A stretch of DNA of 64,000 nt from Azolla caroliniana (taxonomy: Eukaryota > Plantae > Polypodiophyta), in NCBI GenBank assembly GCA_043228905.1, contig JBHGNT010000014.1:11842001-11906000 (forward strand), written 5' to 3'. The position numbers were made by a program, and so were the translations under genes. A model generated the notes under the pieces. The model was not told the origin of the DNA and searched no databases. It saw nothing but the letters and a program-made list of their open reading frames with translations. Shown piece by piece: positions 37,476 through 50,000 of this stretch. The first letter of the stretch is position 1, and every line of letters starts with the position of its first letter.

Positions 37476-37822
37476 TAACAATCGGTTCGGTTCGGTTTCA
37501 ACAGTTAGAAACTGCGGTTTAAACGGTTTAATGGATTTATTATTATTTTTAAACAATCTTTTCATTTTCATGCCATATTCTCGCATTTTAGGACAATTGT
37601 TAAATTTTAAAAAAAATTTAAAATGAAAATTTAAAATTTAAAATTTGACCTAAGCTGAAAACCGAAACCGAACCACAAAGCCACGGTTTTACCGGTTTAA
37701 TGCCTTAACAGTTTGAATTTTTTTAATGGTTCGGTTTAACGGTTTCGTGGTTCAGTGCAAGTTTCAAAAAAATTTAACGGTTCGGTTTGAACCCTCTCGA
37801 ACCGAACCGTTGCCGATTGTTA
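37476..37822. mobile_element. hAT-type MITE
   Basis: TIR TAACAATCGG / CCGATTGTTA; 8-bp TSD CTTGGATA vs CTTCGATA; empty site visible in the paralogous copy at about 36522. Confidence 0.88.
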
Positions 37823-38867
37823 CTTCGATATGTATTTCTCTCTCTATATGTACACACGTACAGAGAATAAATCCACCTCATCTGATAATAATACTCATGA
37901 AGCTTCAACATACATAGAATAAATCCACCTCATGTAATAATGGTATTCATGAACCTTCAACAATGAGAAAATAAAAACTCCCGATTAATATTTATAAATA
38001 ATGTTAAATCTTTGTACAAATACACAAGTGGCAAGAGGTAGAAGGTATAACTTATTACAATAAAATATAACTATCTCTCTCTTCTTTTTCATAGAAGAAC
38101 GACATATATTAAGATAAAATGACAATTTAAAAAATCCTCACTCTCCCTACTACATCAATGAGAATCTTATGGCAATGCAATCATCATCTTCTTTTTTTGT
38201 GAGAAAACAATTATATTAATAAATATGTGTGAGAAACACTACGATGGCACCACAATGGAGCATGGTCACACTACATGGGTAGTGGAACATGTTGAATTGC
38301 CAATAGGCAAGACAAACACTCCATTAAGAAAGAATGTCTAATTTACTCCAATAAAGAAAATTGCACATTAGTAATTCAACTTTCATAGATATGATTTGAA
38401 TCCGTGCTTACCATCAAATACAAAAGCATTGTGGCTATCCTAGTTATAATACAATCCCCAATTTCTTAGAAATAATAAAATGATCTTCATCTCCTATTTT
38501 GGGTCGACTTTTGTGAATTGTCCAAACTCATAGTCTTGATGTCAAAAAACATTGTGACAAAACTTGTCAAATTTGAGAAATGTAACTCCAAATTTGATGA
38601 GTTATTATCGGGGCCTAGCCAAGGACAAGTTTAAAGTGAAGAAGAGAATAAGAAGAGGAAAATAAGACAGAAATGAGAGAAGCAAGAGGAGATTGACAAT
38701 GTGTTAACAAGGATTACAAGAATATGCTTAAGTTACGCGTTGAACTAGAATGGTTCGTCAATATTCAAACACATGGTTATATAGCATTGTTTGGACAGGT
38801 GCATGCTCGCCACCTCGTAAGGCTAAAGTATGATTTATCCTAGTGGTTAAGGCTATACATATTCCTT

Positions 38868-39960
38868 AAAGAGGTCATGGGTTTAAATCTCTATTATGAG
38901 TCTGTAACATTATCCCCTACCTTGGTCCTTTGACGACAAGTTCCACGAGTTGTAATGCATGAACTAGAACTTTCCTTATTTTTGGATATTGATGATGAAA
39001 TTCGAGAGGCTCTCCCACAAATAAAAATAGTGGGCGCTTTTTTATTTTAGCATGCACTATGATTTTTTTCTCAGTTGCACACTTTCTTTTTCTCAACACA
39101 TATTCTTTGAAGAGGTCATGGGTCTAAATCTCTATTATGAGTTTAGAGCTTTAGTATATGTTTGTAACATTATCCCCTACCTTTGACTACAAGTTGCACG
39201 AGTTGCAATGCATGAACAAGAACTTGCCTTATTTTTGGATATTGATGATGAAATTCGAGAGGCTCTCCCACAAATAAAAATAGTGGTCGCTTTTTTATTT
39301 TAGCATTTACTATGCTTTTTTTTCGACTTGCACTTTCTTTTTCTCTACACATATTCTTTGAAGAGAGGCTCTCCCACAAATAAAAATAGTGGGCACTTTT
39401 TTATTTTAGCGTTCGCTATGCTTTTTTTCCCACTTGCACACTTTCTTTTTCTCTACACATTTTCTTTGAAGAGGTCATGGGTTTAAATCTCTGTTATGAG
39501 TTTGGAGCTTTAGTATATGTCCGTAACATTATCCCTTAACTTTGACGAGAAGTTCCACGAATTGCAATGCATGAACAAGAACTTGCCTTATTTTTGGATA
39601 TCGATGATGAAATTTGAGAGGCTCTCCCACAAATAAAAATAGTGGGCACTTTTTTATTTTAGCGTTCGCTATGCTTTTTTTCCCAATTGCACACTTTCTT
39701 TTTCTCTACACATTTTCTTTGAAGAGGTCATGGGTTTAAATCTCTATTATGAGTTTGGAGCTTTAGTATATGTTCGTAACATTATCCCCTACCTTTGACG
39801 AGAAGTTCCACGAGTTGCAATGCATGAACGAGAACTTGCCTTATTTTGGGGTATCGATGATGAAATTTGAGAGGCTCTCCCACAAATAAAAATAGTGGGC
39901 ACTTTTTTATTTTAGCATTCACTATGCTTTTTTTCCCACTCGCACACTTTCTTTTTCTCT
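38868..39960. repeat. Tandem array of ~250-bp units (about 4 plus a partial) built on the element F 3' junction
   Basis: AAGAGGTCATGGGT(T/C)TAAATCTC recurs at about 38869, 39110, 39469 and 39722. Confidence 0.9.
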
Positions 39961-40030
39961 ATCGCCTCATGATAACAAAAAGTTAATCATAATGTCCACC
40001 ATTCTATTGAGTCATCCACTTAATTTCCTA

Positions 40031-40098
40031 TGGTCTCAATAAAACTTGAACCCTTGACCTCCCAAGCATAACACAAGCTCCTACCAATTGAGTTAAGC
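40031..40098 (-). mobile_element. Degenerate tRNA-like sequence (SINE head or tRNA pseudogene)
   Basis: Minus strand GCTTAACTCAATTGGTAGGAGC..GGGAGGTCAAGGGTTCAAGT: A-box and B-box at tRNA-like spacing; no good cloverleaf. Confidence 0.5.
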
Positions 40099-41596
40099 TT
40101 TTTTATTATTAAATTGAATGCGTTATATGTCCTTGATTCTGGGTAAGTCATTTCCTTTAGTCAATTTTTGGGTTGTGAAGCTCAAATCAAGGTACACTGG
40201 GGACAATCATAAGCTCAAGACTTTGGATGATATTGAATGAAATCACATAAGCCAAATCACTTAGAACTACACGAATTGACTCAGACTCTTCAGTTATGTC
40301 TCCTGAGGCAATAAGTCTACCATCTATGGTTGTGACAAATACTGAACAATATAGTGTTTTTAATAAGATATTATGTGTCAAGGCAAAGTCTTGGTCCATG
40401 AAACAAGAAGTTTCTCCTAAATCTAAGAGAGCAGAGGCAAAGACATGATGACATCTAGAGGGTACTAAGTTCACCTTGTGTTGCAAAAACCCTACTCGAT
40501 GAAATGGAACTATTACTATGTATTGACTCTACAAATTCAAGGAACTATTCAACCAAATTGCCCCTATTTTGGCTAGATTTACTCGTTTAACACTTCATCT
40601 AGTTGGCTAAGCACTTCAAATTGATTTGAAGGTGTAGGGCTAGTAAGATTGCTAGATGCAATTGGAGAATCAAGATCAAATTTAGTATTGCATTTACTTG
40701 GCTAGCTTGATGCTTAGGCCATGCCAATATAGATGTAGACGGTTTGCTTTAAGTTTTTGCCTTTTCAGTTTAAGCTAAAGGTCCTCAACGATGTGTATTG
40801 ATGTCCATTGGAGTGAGGCCACCTATTGGGTTAGGTGGAGGGACTAATGCATATGTTTATTATGATGAAGGTTTGCATATGATATCCATTAGATTAGGGC
40901 CACCTAATGGGTGAGGGGTAGGGGATTGCACAGTTCCAAATGATGGAAACATTGTCACTGATGCATATGTTTTCTTTGACCATTGTTGACGCTCAAAAAG
41001 TGGTTGGAACATACGGTTGTCAAAAACATCGTATCGCTTGACTAATCACCTTAGTAAGCGATTTAAGATCTTTATGAAATGTGGGAAGTAGGTCTTTCAC
41101 ATCATTATGAAGTCCTTGTTGAAATTGTTTCATCAATGCCTCTTTGCCTGAAGGGATGTCACATAGGAAGCGAGGTTGGGCAATCTCCTCATTGTAACCT
41201 TCAAATCTTATTGATATCAGTTCTCACACTATTTGTATAGATCTCCAAAACAAGCTTGGAACTCTTTAATAAACTCATCAAAATTAACCCAAATAGGGGA
41301 ACTTTTCTTGAGTAATTGCGTAAACCAGGCTAACGTTGTAGCAATCAATAAATTCTAGAGCAACCCTACTTGTGCCGAATTTGTTGGATATTGAGTGGGA
41401 AGCATATGTAATACAATATGTACTTGGTTTAGAAATCCTCGAAATTGTGATCGAGTACCATCGAAGTTTCAAACTTCGATGGAAGACTTATCTTAGGAAC
41501 TTTTGGCTAATTTAGTGCTTGCAAAGCTTGTTGTTGCAATGTTACTGTCGTGACTTGAGAATAGGAGAGAGAAAAATAAGATGACAGTAGAAGGTA

Positions 41597-41642
<46 letters not shown>

Positions 41643-41780
41643 ACACTAGAAATGGAAAGAGAGTTTATATTATAAGAGAGCAAGGATTACAAAGAGTAGG
41701 CTAAGGGGCTACAAACTGGTGTTGAACCGAATGAGTTGTGATGAATGAATAGACACCTATTTATAGGTCCTTATGGAGTA

Positions 41781-41855
41781 TTCTAGAATGTTCTAGAATA
41801 TTTTAGATATTTATGATATTTAATATAATCATGGAATTCCTAGAATGTTCTAGAA
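41781..41855 (-). promoter_or_regulatory. Heat-shock-element arrays in the U3 of element E's LTR
   Basis: TTCtaGAAtgTTCtaGAA (41781-41798) and GAAtgTTCtaGAA (41843-41855), just upstream of a minus-strand CTATAAATAGG TATA box (about 41757-41767). Confidence 0.7.
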
Positions 41856-41993
41856 TACTCTAAATGTCTTGTAATAACTAATAATACATTTATTATAACT
41901 ATACATCATATATGTTACTATAATGGTTAAAGGTCTAACATATAGACCAAGATGTCTTGGGCTCGAATCCTTGTAAGGCCAAAATGTATGTCA

Positions 41994-44900
41994 TCATGAC
42001 ATTATCCCCCCTTTTCGATGACGAGTTCCACGAGTCGCAAGACAAGATTTCGGACTTGGCTTATGAGGATATTTGTTGTGAAATGCAACAACCATTTCGG
42101 AGGCATTAGCAAGATTCTCAAGAGGTTCCCATGTTCGATCATTAGGTGTATAACCTAACCAGTCAACCAAATAATACAGTTTGTTGCGAACGATGTTGGA
42201 GTCAAGAATGACAACAACTTCATATTCGGAGCCATACGAAACTTTGATTGGAGGTGGGGGAGATGTAAGACGGCCTGGAATAGAGCTGGTTGTGTACGGC
42301 TCCAAAAGTGAAACATGGAAGACCGAGTGAAGATGCATATGAGGGGGAAGATCAAGGCGAAATGCCACATCATTGATCTTACCAGATATCACATATGGGC
42401 CAAAACGTTGATAATCCAATTTGCAGCAAGGTCGGGTTGTTTTAATGTGACCTTGTAAAAGCCATACTCGATCCCCCACTTGAAACATAGTCGATGAATC
42501 ACGTCGATGACGGTCGATGGTCGACAACCTTCTTTTGAGTGTTTTGAGCATCACATAAATGGTGCAAAAGGATATCTTGAACTTCTTGGAGTCGGGTGAG
42601 CCGATCTTCAGCAGCCGGGTTTGTCGGGAGTTTGGGATGTTCAAGCATAGTCCAACAAGGATGGTACCCAATGTTTGCAAAAAATGGGGAATATCCAGTA
42701 GAAGAATGTTCTGAGTTGTTGTAAGCAAATTCCGCCAAATGTAATAGATCAACCCAATCATCTTGTTGATAGTTGACAAAACAATGAAGATATTGTTCTA
42801 CTGTTTGGTTGGTGCGCTCACTCTGTCCGTTAGTTTCTGGATGGTAGCTAGAAGAGAGTTTGCAAGAAGTATGTAAGAGTTTGAACATGTGCTGCCAAAA
42901 TTTTGAGATGAACTGGGGACCCCGATCACTGATAATATCATCAGGAAGACCATGATGCTGAAACACCTCTCGCATGAGTAACTCGGTTGTCCCTTGGCTC
43001 GTAATGGCCTTTGTGCAAGGAAGAAAATGTGCCATCTTGGTAAAACGATCTACTATCGTGAGAATAGAATCAAAACCCTTGGAAGGTGGTAGATCCATAA
43101 TGAAGTCCACTGAAATAGATTTCCATGGACTCTCAGGAATAGGCATTTGTTGTAATAAGCCATATGGATGATGTCGAGGTTTTTTGGATCGGCAACATGT
43201 ATCACAACTACGAACATAATCCGTAACAAAATGGCGAAGTCGTGGCCACCAATACCTTCGAGAAATTAATGCCAAAGTCTTGTGGATGCCAAAAAGTCCA
43301 GCCATTGGTGCATCATGACATTGTTGCAAGACTTGGAGTCGAGAAGGACCATCAGGCACATATAAGAGATTTTGTCGAAAAAGTAAACCATCATGCCAAT
43401 TATACTGGTTGTAGTCTTGATGAGGATTTTGAGATTGTGAACAAGAAGCACGATCTGGGATAATATGGTTCAGAATATCTTGGGCGAATTCATCAGTCTC
43501 AATATGCTCTCGAATGGAGTCTAGAAGACTTAAATCCTCAGGTGTGTCTATAGCATGAAAAGCCATTAGTCGTAGACGGTCAGGACCCAAGAGGATTTGC
43601 TTCTGACTTTCAAATGCGGCCTCTCCTGGTTGAAGTTCCATATATGAATGCCGAGATAAAGCATCTGCTTTGCCTTGTTGCATCCCAGGGTGATATAGAA
43701 TTACGAAATCAAAACGAGTTAAAAACTGCACCCAACGAGCTTGTCGACGACTCAAGACTCGAGCACTTTGGAAGTACGTTAGATTTTTGTGATCATTATA
43801 GACAATGATTTGTTGAGACGAACCCTCCAAAAAAGGACGCCATTGTTGAAAAGAATCCACAATGGCAAGAAGCTCTTTGTCGTGAATCTCATAGTTGATT
43901 TCTGCAGCTTCGAATTTCCGTGAATGAAAAGCCACAGGGTGCAGTTGGCCATCATTGTTAATCTGGGATAATACGCTTCCTAGTGTGAAGTCAGATGCAT
44001 CAGCTTCCAGTATAAAGCGCTTCAATGGATCAACATGCATCAAAATTGGTGCGGATGTAAATGCTTGCTTTAATCCTTCAAATGTAGAGTTTGCATTTAT
44101 ACTCCACCCAAATGGTTGATTCTTCTATGTCAGTTGAGTGAGGGGCAATACGATCTTTGAATAATCTTTGATGAACTTGCGATAAAAGTTTGCGAACCCT
44201 AAAAAACATTGTACATCTCGCATAGATTGTGGTGTTTGCCAATCCAAAACTGTTTGAACCTTTGCTGGATCCATAGAGATGCCATGTGAAGGGACTATGT
44301 ACCCCAAAAATTCCACTTGACGTTGGTCAAAGCTGCACTTCTCCAATTTTGCATACAGACCATATTCACGCAACCGTTGCAAAGCTTGTCGAACGTGTAT
44401 ATCATGATCCTCTTGAGTTTTTGACTAGATCAAGATATCATCTAGGTAAATTATGACGAAAATATCGAGGAAATCTCAAAAAATGTCATTCGCCATATGT
44501 TGGAAAACTGTTGGTGCATTCGTGAGACCAAATGGCATCACTGTATACTCAAAATGGCCATAGCGAGTACGAAAAGTAGTCTTCCATTCATCCCCAGAAC
44601 GAATTCGAACAAGATTGTAAGCACCTCGAAGATCTAGCTTTGTGAAATACTTAGCTCCATTGAGGCGTTCCAGAAGGCTCGAAATCAATGGTAGAGCATA
44701 TTGGTTTCGAATAGTTACTTTATTCAATCCTCGATAATCCACGACCAGACGAAGCAAACCATCTTTCTTCTTAACGAAAAATATGGGTGCGCCGGCAGGA
44801 GATCTTGAATGCTGGATAAACCCATTTGCCAAGTTCTCATCGATATATTCTCGAAGAACCTCTAACTCCGTGGGTGAAAGGTTATAAATTGGCCCCCATG

Positions 44901-45645
44901 GAGGCTCTTTTCCGGGTTGCAAATCAATCGGGCAATCATATGGTCGATGCTCTGGTAGTCTATTGGCCTTCACCTTATCAAAAACATCGGAGAATTCTAT
45001 ATATTTCTTCGGTAGTTGGACCCCTGATTCTTGCGAGCTCAATGTGGGAGTTGCTAAAACTACGAACACCAACATGTCTTCCTTCCATCCTTCCTCACGT
45101 AATTGATGTATAGAGATTGTCAAAATCTTTTGGAATGTCATATCCTTTCTTGGAGTTTTAAGAGGCTCAGACTGTATTGTGCCTTCTTCAATGGTTCTTT
45201 TTCTCCAATCAATAGTTGGGTTATGTAGCTCAAACCATGGAAGACCAAGAACTAGGGAGTGCTCTGGACTACTAATGATGTTGAATGAGATGACACTAGC
45301 CAAATTGCCTAGGACTACATGAATTGGTTCAAACTCTTCAACTATATCACCTGATGCTATGGGGCGTCCATCAATGACTCCGACTGACACTGGGCTTGGG
45401 AGCTTATGCAACTGAATATTATGCATTACAGCAAACTCACGATCCATGAAACAAGAGTTGGCTCCAGAGTCTAAGAGGGCAGAAGCTGGGACTCGATGGC
45501 ACCTCGATGTGTTAAGCTCAACTTGTGCAGAGAAAACTCGACTAACTTGACTTGATGAAATGGAACCACAACTAGGGACGGACGTTACATGCCTAGGGCT
45601 GTTCAACCAAATGGCTCCGATTTTGGCCGGACTTACTCGTTTAAC
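41994..45645 (-). pseudogene. pol: pol of element E: PR, RT, RNase H, integrase, chromodomain
   Basis: [11 protein letters not shown]; [10 protein letters not shown]; EADASDF; ISDRGPQF; RFGPY; chromodomain EYEVVVILDS..YYLVDWLGY...TWEPLENL; few stops and frameshifts. Confidence 0.94.
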
Positions 45646-46304
45646 ACATCATCAAATTGGCTCAAGACATCAAATGTATTTTTATGACAGGGACTACTAG
45701 GCCTACTTGGGTTACGAGAAGGTAGGGCAAAAATTGAGATGGGATTGTCCTGAGCACTTACTTGCTTAACTTGTCGTTGTGGTTTATGTGGACAATTCAC
45801 AACAATATGCCCTGGACCACCACAATAGAGGCATAGACGATTGTTGTCCAGAGGACAGAAATGTAAAATTAGGAAATTAGCAAACGCCGAGTCCGAGTAT
45901 CACGGGCCACCAACGGATCGGCTGTGTATTAGGGGAAACGGTATTTAAACGAGGACCAATACCTCAGAGTGGGGGGGAAAGAAAAATATAGGCGGAAGCA
46001 CTAACTTAGTCCATCGTAACTAGATAATCCTGTAAGGTCACCGGCCGTAGGCCGTGTTCTGTAATCCTTTTTTTGTCGCAGTAATATATCTGATTTGTGC
46101 CCATTTTGCTCCATGTGTCTGTGCTTTGGTTCATACCTATGATTTCAGCACCGCCCACGCCTATCAAGATCTCGCTAGTATTTATCTCTGATCATTTTCT
46201 CCCTCACGACGCCTCTGTTACGAGCCTTCACGTACCACGCCCTTGAATACCGATAGCTGCAGATCTATCGAAGGTGTTCAACCAAAGGAACAGGTAACAC
46301 AATT

Positions 46305-46322
46305 TGGCACGCTCCGTGGGAC
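46305..46322 (+). promoter_or_regulatory. PBS, probably tRNA-Arg(UCU) (element G)
   Basis: TGGCACGCTCCGTGGGAC, 5 nt after the LTR end TAACA. Confidence 0.75.
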
Positions 46323-47011
46323 AGTTGTGAGTGCACAGCGAACTTCGTTGAAGGTAACCACCAGCCGCCGTTACGGCGCCCTCTCGCACCACGAGGTCTC
46401 GGCCACCTGCCTGACGCCCTGAGCTAGTCGAAGGAACTTCCGACTCGGCGGTCACTGACCAATCCTTTCCCGAGCAATCAGAGGCTTCCCCAGTGCAATC
46501 CTCGCCACTGGACACTCGATCGCAAGTTGATTCACCACCAAAACCCCTGTCGAGCCCTCCGGAGGTCAATCAACCGGAACTAAACCCTTTTCCGGTGCTA
46601 CCAGAAGACCCAGAGTACGACATCATGCCGTACCCATACCCACGATACACCGATGGACCAGACGCGGAGTCACACATCCATGCCTTCATATCCACGTGGC
46701 AGGCCAACCACTCAATGCACCGCCTCACGCCGGCCGAAATCGATGCGTCAAAGATTGCCGAGTTCACACTCTCCCTCGATGGACCGGCCGCACGATGGTA
46801 CTCTCGCCTCGAAATAGGCGAGGCCACCACTTTCCAAATCGTGCGCACAAAGTTCCTTGAACTTTTTCATCGCGAGGTGCCTAAACGGGAACTGCTCCGA
46901 CAATTCTTCTTTATATGCCAGGAACCGCACGAAACGGTCGCGCAATTCACGATCCGGTTCCAGGATCTCTACAGACAAGTGGCCGATGATGTCTTGGCAC
47001 AACATATACCG

Positions 47012-50000
47012 TGCAAGGAATAGACCCTTCTATTCACCTTCTTCCCTCGGCCACAACCGAGTAAGCGCGAATCGATGGAGCAGAAAATAGGAACCACACG
47101 GAGAAACAGAACGCGAGTACACAGGGATTAACGTGGAAAACCCTAGACGGGAAAAACCACGGGAGTACAAGACTCCAAACCAACACTATACAGAGAAGTA
47201 TACAATGGCGAGCTGCAAGGCGACGACCTTGAGCTCGCTGTCCTCGCCACAGGCGGCGGAAATACACAGAGGCGTCTACCTCTTCCTCACTCACGCTCTA
47301 TCTCTCTCTCTCTCTCTATCACGGCTGCTCCCTCTTCACTCCTCTTGAGTGAAAAAAACAGAAAAATGATGAGCAACAACAAAACAGTTTGCCCTAAGTC
47401 ATATTTATACTTATATGACTTTGGGCTATTTACAACTGTAGCCTCAGGGGCCCATAGCGAACATATTCACGGATATGTCCCTGCATCCGGATCGCTCTCC
47501 GGGTACATTCGTCATCCGGTACCGAAACCGGGGTCTTCGTCATCCGGATCCGAAACCGAAACCGGGCTCGTCGGCATTCATCTCCGACATCCGACCATCC
47601 CATCCGAAGGGACCGTAATCCCAACAAACTCCCCCTTCACTTCGGCATGGGATGTCTCTCCATTCCGATCCTCTTCCGGCATGCTTCCAGCTTGTCGGGT
47701 GTGAGGACCTTGGTCAGCATATCCGACCCGTTCTCGTCCGTGTGGATCTTTGTCAGCACGAACTCCTTGTCTTCTATCCTTTCCCGGATCCAGTGATATC
47801 TTCGCTGGATGTGCTTCGTCCGGGAGTGATAGGCCGCGTTCTTCGCAAGGTGGATTGCACTCTGACTGTCGCAGTAGAGTCGGTACTCCTCCTGTCGGAT
47901 ACCGAGCTCTCTAATGAAGTCCTTCATCCATATTATTTCCTTGCCGGCTTCAACAGCCGCCATGTACTCCGCCTCCGTGGTTGACAGAGCAACCGTCTTC
48001 TGCAGCCTCGACTGCCATGAAACAGCTCCCCCTGCATACGTCATCACATACCCTGATGTGGACCGGCTGGTATCTGCATCAGCCGACATATCCGAATCGG
48101 TAAAGCCGTCGAGTTCAGGCTTTCCGGAGCCGAATCGGAGGCACACATTTGCCGTGCCCTTCAGGTATCGGAGTATCCACTTGGCCGCGTTCCAATGCTC
48201 TTTGCCGGGATTGCTCATGTACCGGCTCACCACTCCGACTGCATATCCGATGTCCGGTCTCGTACACACCATGGCGTACATCAAGCTCCCGACGGCTGAG
48301 GCATACGGCACTTTCATCATATCCTCCTTTTCAGCCTTTGTCTTGGGACTTTGCTTGCTGGACAGCTTGCAGTTTGTCGGGAGGGTCGATCCGACCGGTC
48401 TTGCTTCCGACATGTTGAACCGTTTAAGCACCTTTGTCACGTACTTCTCTTGTGACAGCCACAACTGCTTCTTGCTCCGGTCCCGGATGATGTGCATCCC
48501 TAGTATTTGTCTCGCCGGACCCAGGTCCTTCATTGAGAAGGTTCGGTGAAGAGCCTTCTTCAGCATCCGGATCTTGACCTGGTCCCGTCCGACGATCAAC
48601 ATGTCGTCCACGTACAGGAGGAGTATTAGAAAGTCTCCTCCTTCGAACTTCTTCACAAACACACAGTGGTCGGACTGCGTTTTGAGGTACCCTTCGTCGG
48701 TCATGAAGGAGTCGAACTTCCGGTACCATTGCCGGGGAGCCTGCTTCAGTCCGTAAAGGCTCTTCTTCAACCGGCATACCAGGTGCTCCTTCCCTTTCTT
48801 CTCGAATCCTTCCGGTTGCTGCATGTAGATCTCTTCATCGAGGTCGCCGTGAAGGAATGCTGTCTTCACGTCCATCTGTTCTACCTCGAGGTCCATGCTT
48901 GCCGCTATGCTCAGCACCGTCCGGATGGAGGTCATCTTCACTACCGGGGCAAATATCTCGTCGAAGTCGACGCCCTTCTTCTGCTGAAACCCCTTCACCA
49001 CGATCCTGGCTTTGTATCTCGGGGGGTTTCCGGCATCTCCCGGTTTCAGCTTGAACACCCACTTGTTTCGAAGTGCCCGCTTTCCTTTCGGCAACTCCAC
49101 AAGTTCATATGTGTGGTTCTTATGCAGGGAATCCATCTCGTCCTGCATGGCACTCAACCACCTGCGGCTCTGGGTGTCATGCTTCGCTTCCTCAACGCTC
49201 TCCAGCTCCCCCTCGTCGGTTAGCAACACGTGCTCTGGTTCCGGAAATCTCCGGGGGGCCCTTCTCTCTCTTTGAGGGTATCTCCGTTTCGGAGCTTCGG
49301 TAACCGGTTCTTCCGATTCTTCTTCTTCATCCGAATCCATTTCGGGATCGGGGCCGGTTCCGGTATCGTTTTCATCTACTTCGGCCGGTTCTGTTTCTTC
49401 ACCGTCTTCGGCCGGGTCCTCGAGTACTAACCGGTCCCTTGCCGGTCGGGACTGCTCCTCGTAGAGTTTATCCTCACCGGTCGACTTGGAGCTCTTCATC
49501 TTCTTCTCCGACTCCCAGTCGGCGAGTGTCTTGTCCTCCATAAAGACGATATCTCAACTCCTGAATATCTTCTTGTCGACCGGGTCCCATACTCGGTAGC
49601 CGAACTCGTCGTCGCCGTAACCGAGGAATATGCATGGCCGGGTCTTCGGATCTAGCTTTCCTCTCCGGTCCTTTGCCACATGCACGTATGCGAGACACCC
49701 GAACACCTTCAGATGCCGGTAGGACACTTCCTTACCGGTCCACACTTTCTGCGGCGTGTCTCCGTCCAAAGGTACTAAGGGTGATCTGTTTATCACGTAT
49801 GTCGCCGTCGACATTGCCTCAGCCCAAAACCCCTTGGGTAATTTCACATGCGCCAGCATACTCCGGACCCGCTCCATTATGGTCCGGTTCATCCTCTCGG
49901 CCAGCCCGTTTAGTTCCGGCGTCTTCGGCACAGTAAACTCGAGCCGGATTCCCTTCGAGCGACAGTACTCCTGGAACTGCCCCCGGTATTCCCCTCCGTT

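Larger units (their letters stand above)
35980..38045. repeat. Local ~0.8-kb tandem duplication (about 35980-36796 and 36915-38045) with internal ~52-bp minisatellite
   Basis: Both copies run from CATGAACTCAT(A/G)AAGTTGACT to AAATACACAAGTGGCAAGAGGTAGAAG; the ACATAGAATAAATCCACCT unit occurs 3 times vs 2 times. Confidence 0.88.
38581..41545 (-). mobile_element. Element F: old, internally deleted Tcn1-like chromovirus (gag, PR, 3' end, 3' LTR about 38581-38909)
   Basis: Minus-strand gag remnant (PKISLPSKF..DGTRSQFRGFLNQV); PR ALLDLGETSCFMD; PPT GGGGATAA then TGTTACA; LTR resembles E's LTR. Confidence 0.75.
41546..45841 (-). mobile_element. Element E: Tcn1-like chromovirus; 3' LTR 41546-42001; 5' part displaced by element G
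   Basis: LTR TGTCATGA...TCACGACA; PPT GAAAAGGGGGGATAA; gag zinc knuckle CLYCGGPGHIVVNC cut at about 45841. Confidence 0.92.

Noticed and set aside
47480-47600. GC-rich inverted repeats in the H LTR (and C LTR 11930-11975) as ribozymes
   Set aside because: No hammerhead CUGANGA/GAAA core in proper geometry; explained by CCGG-rich composition.
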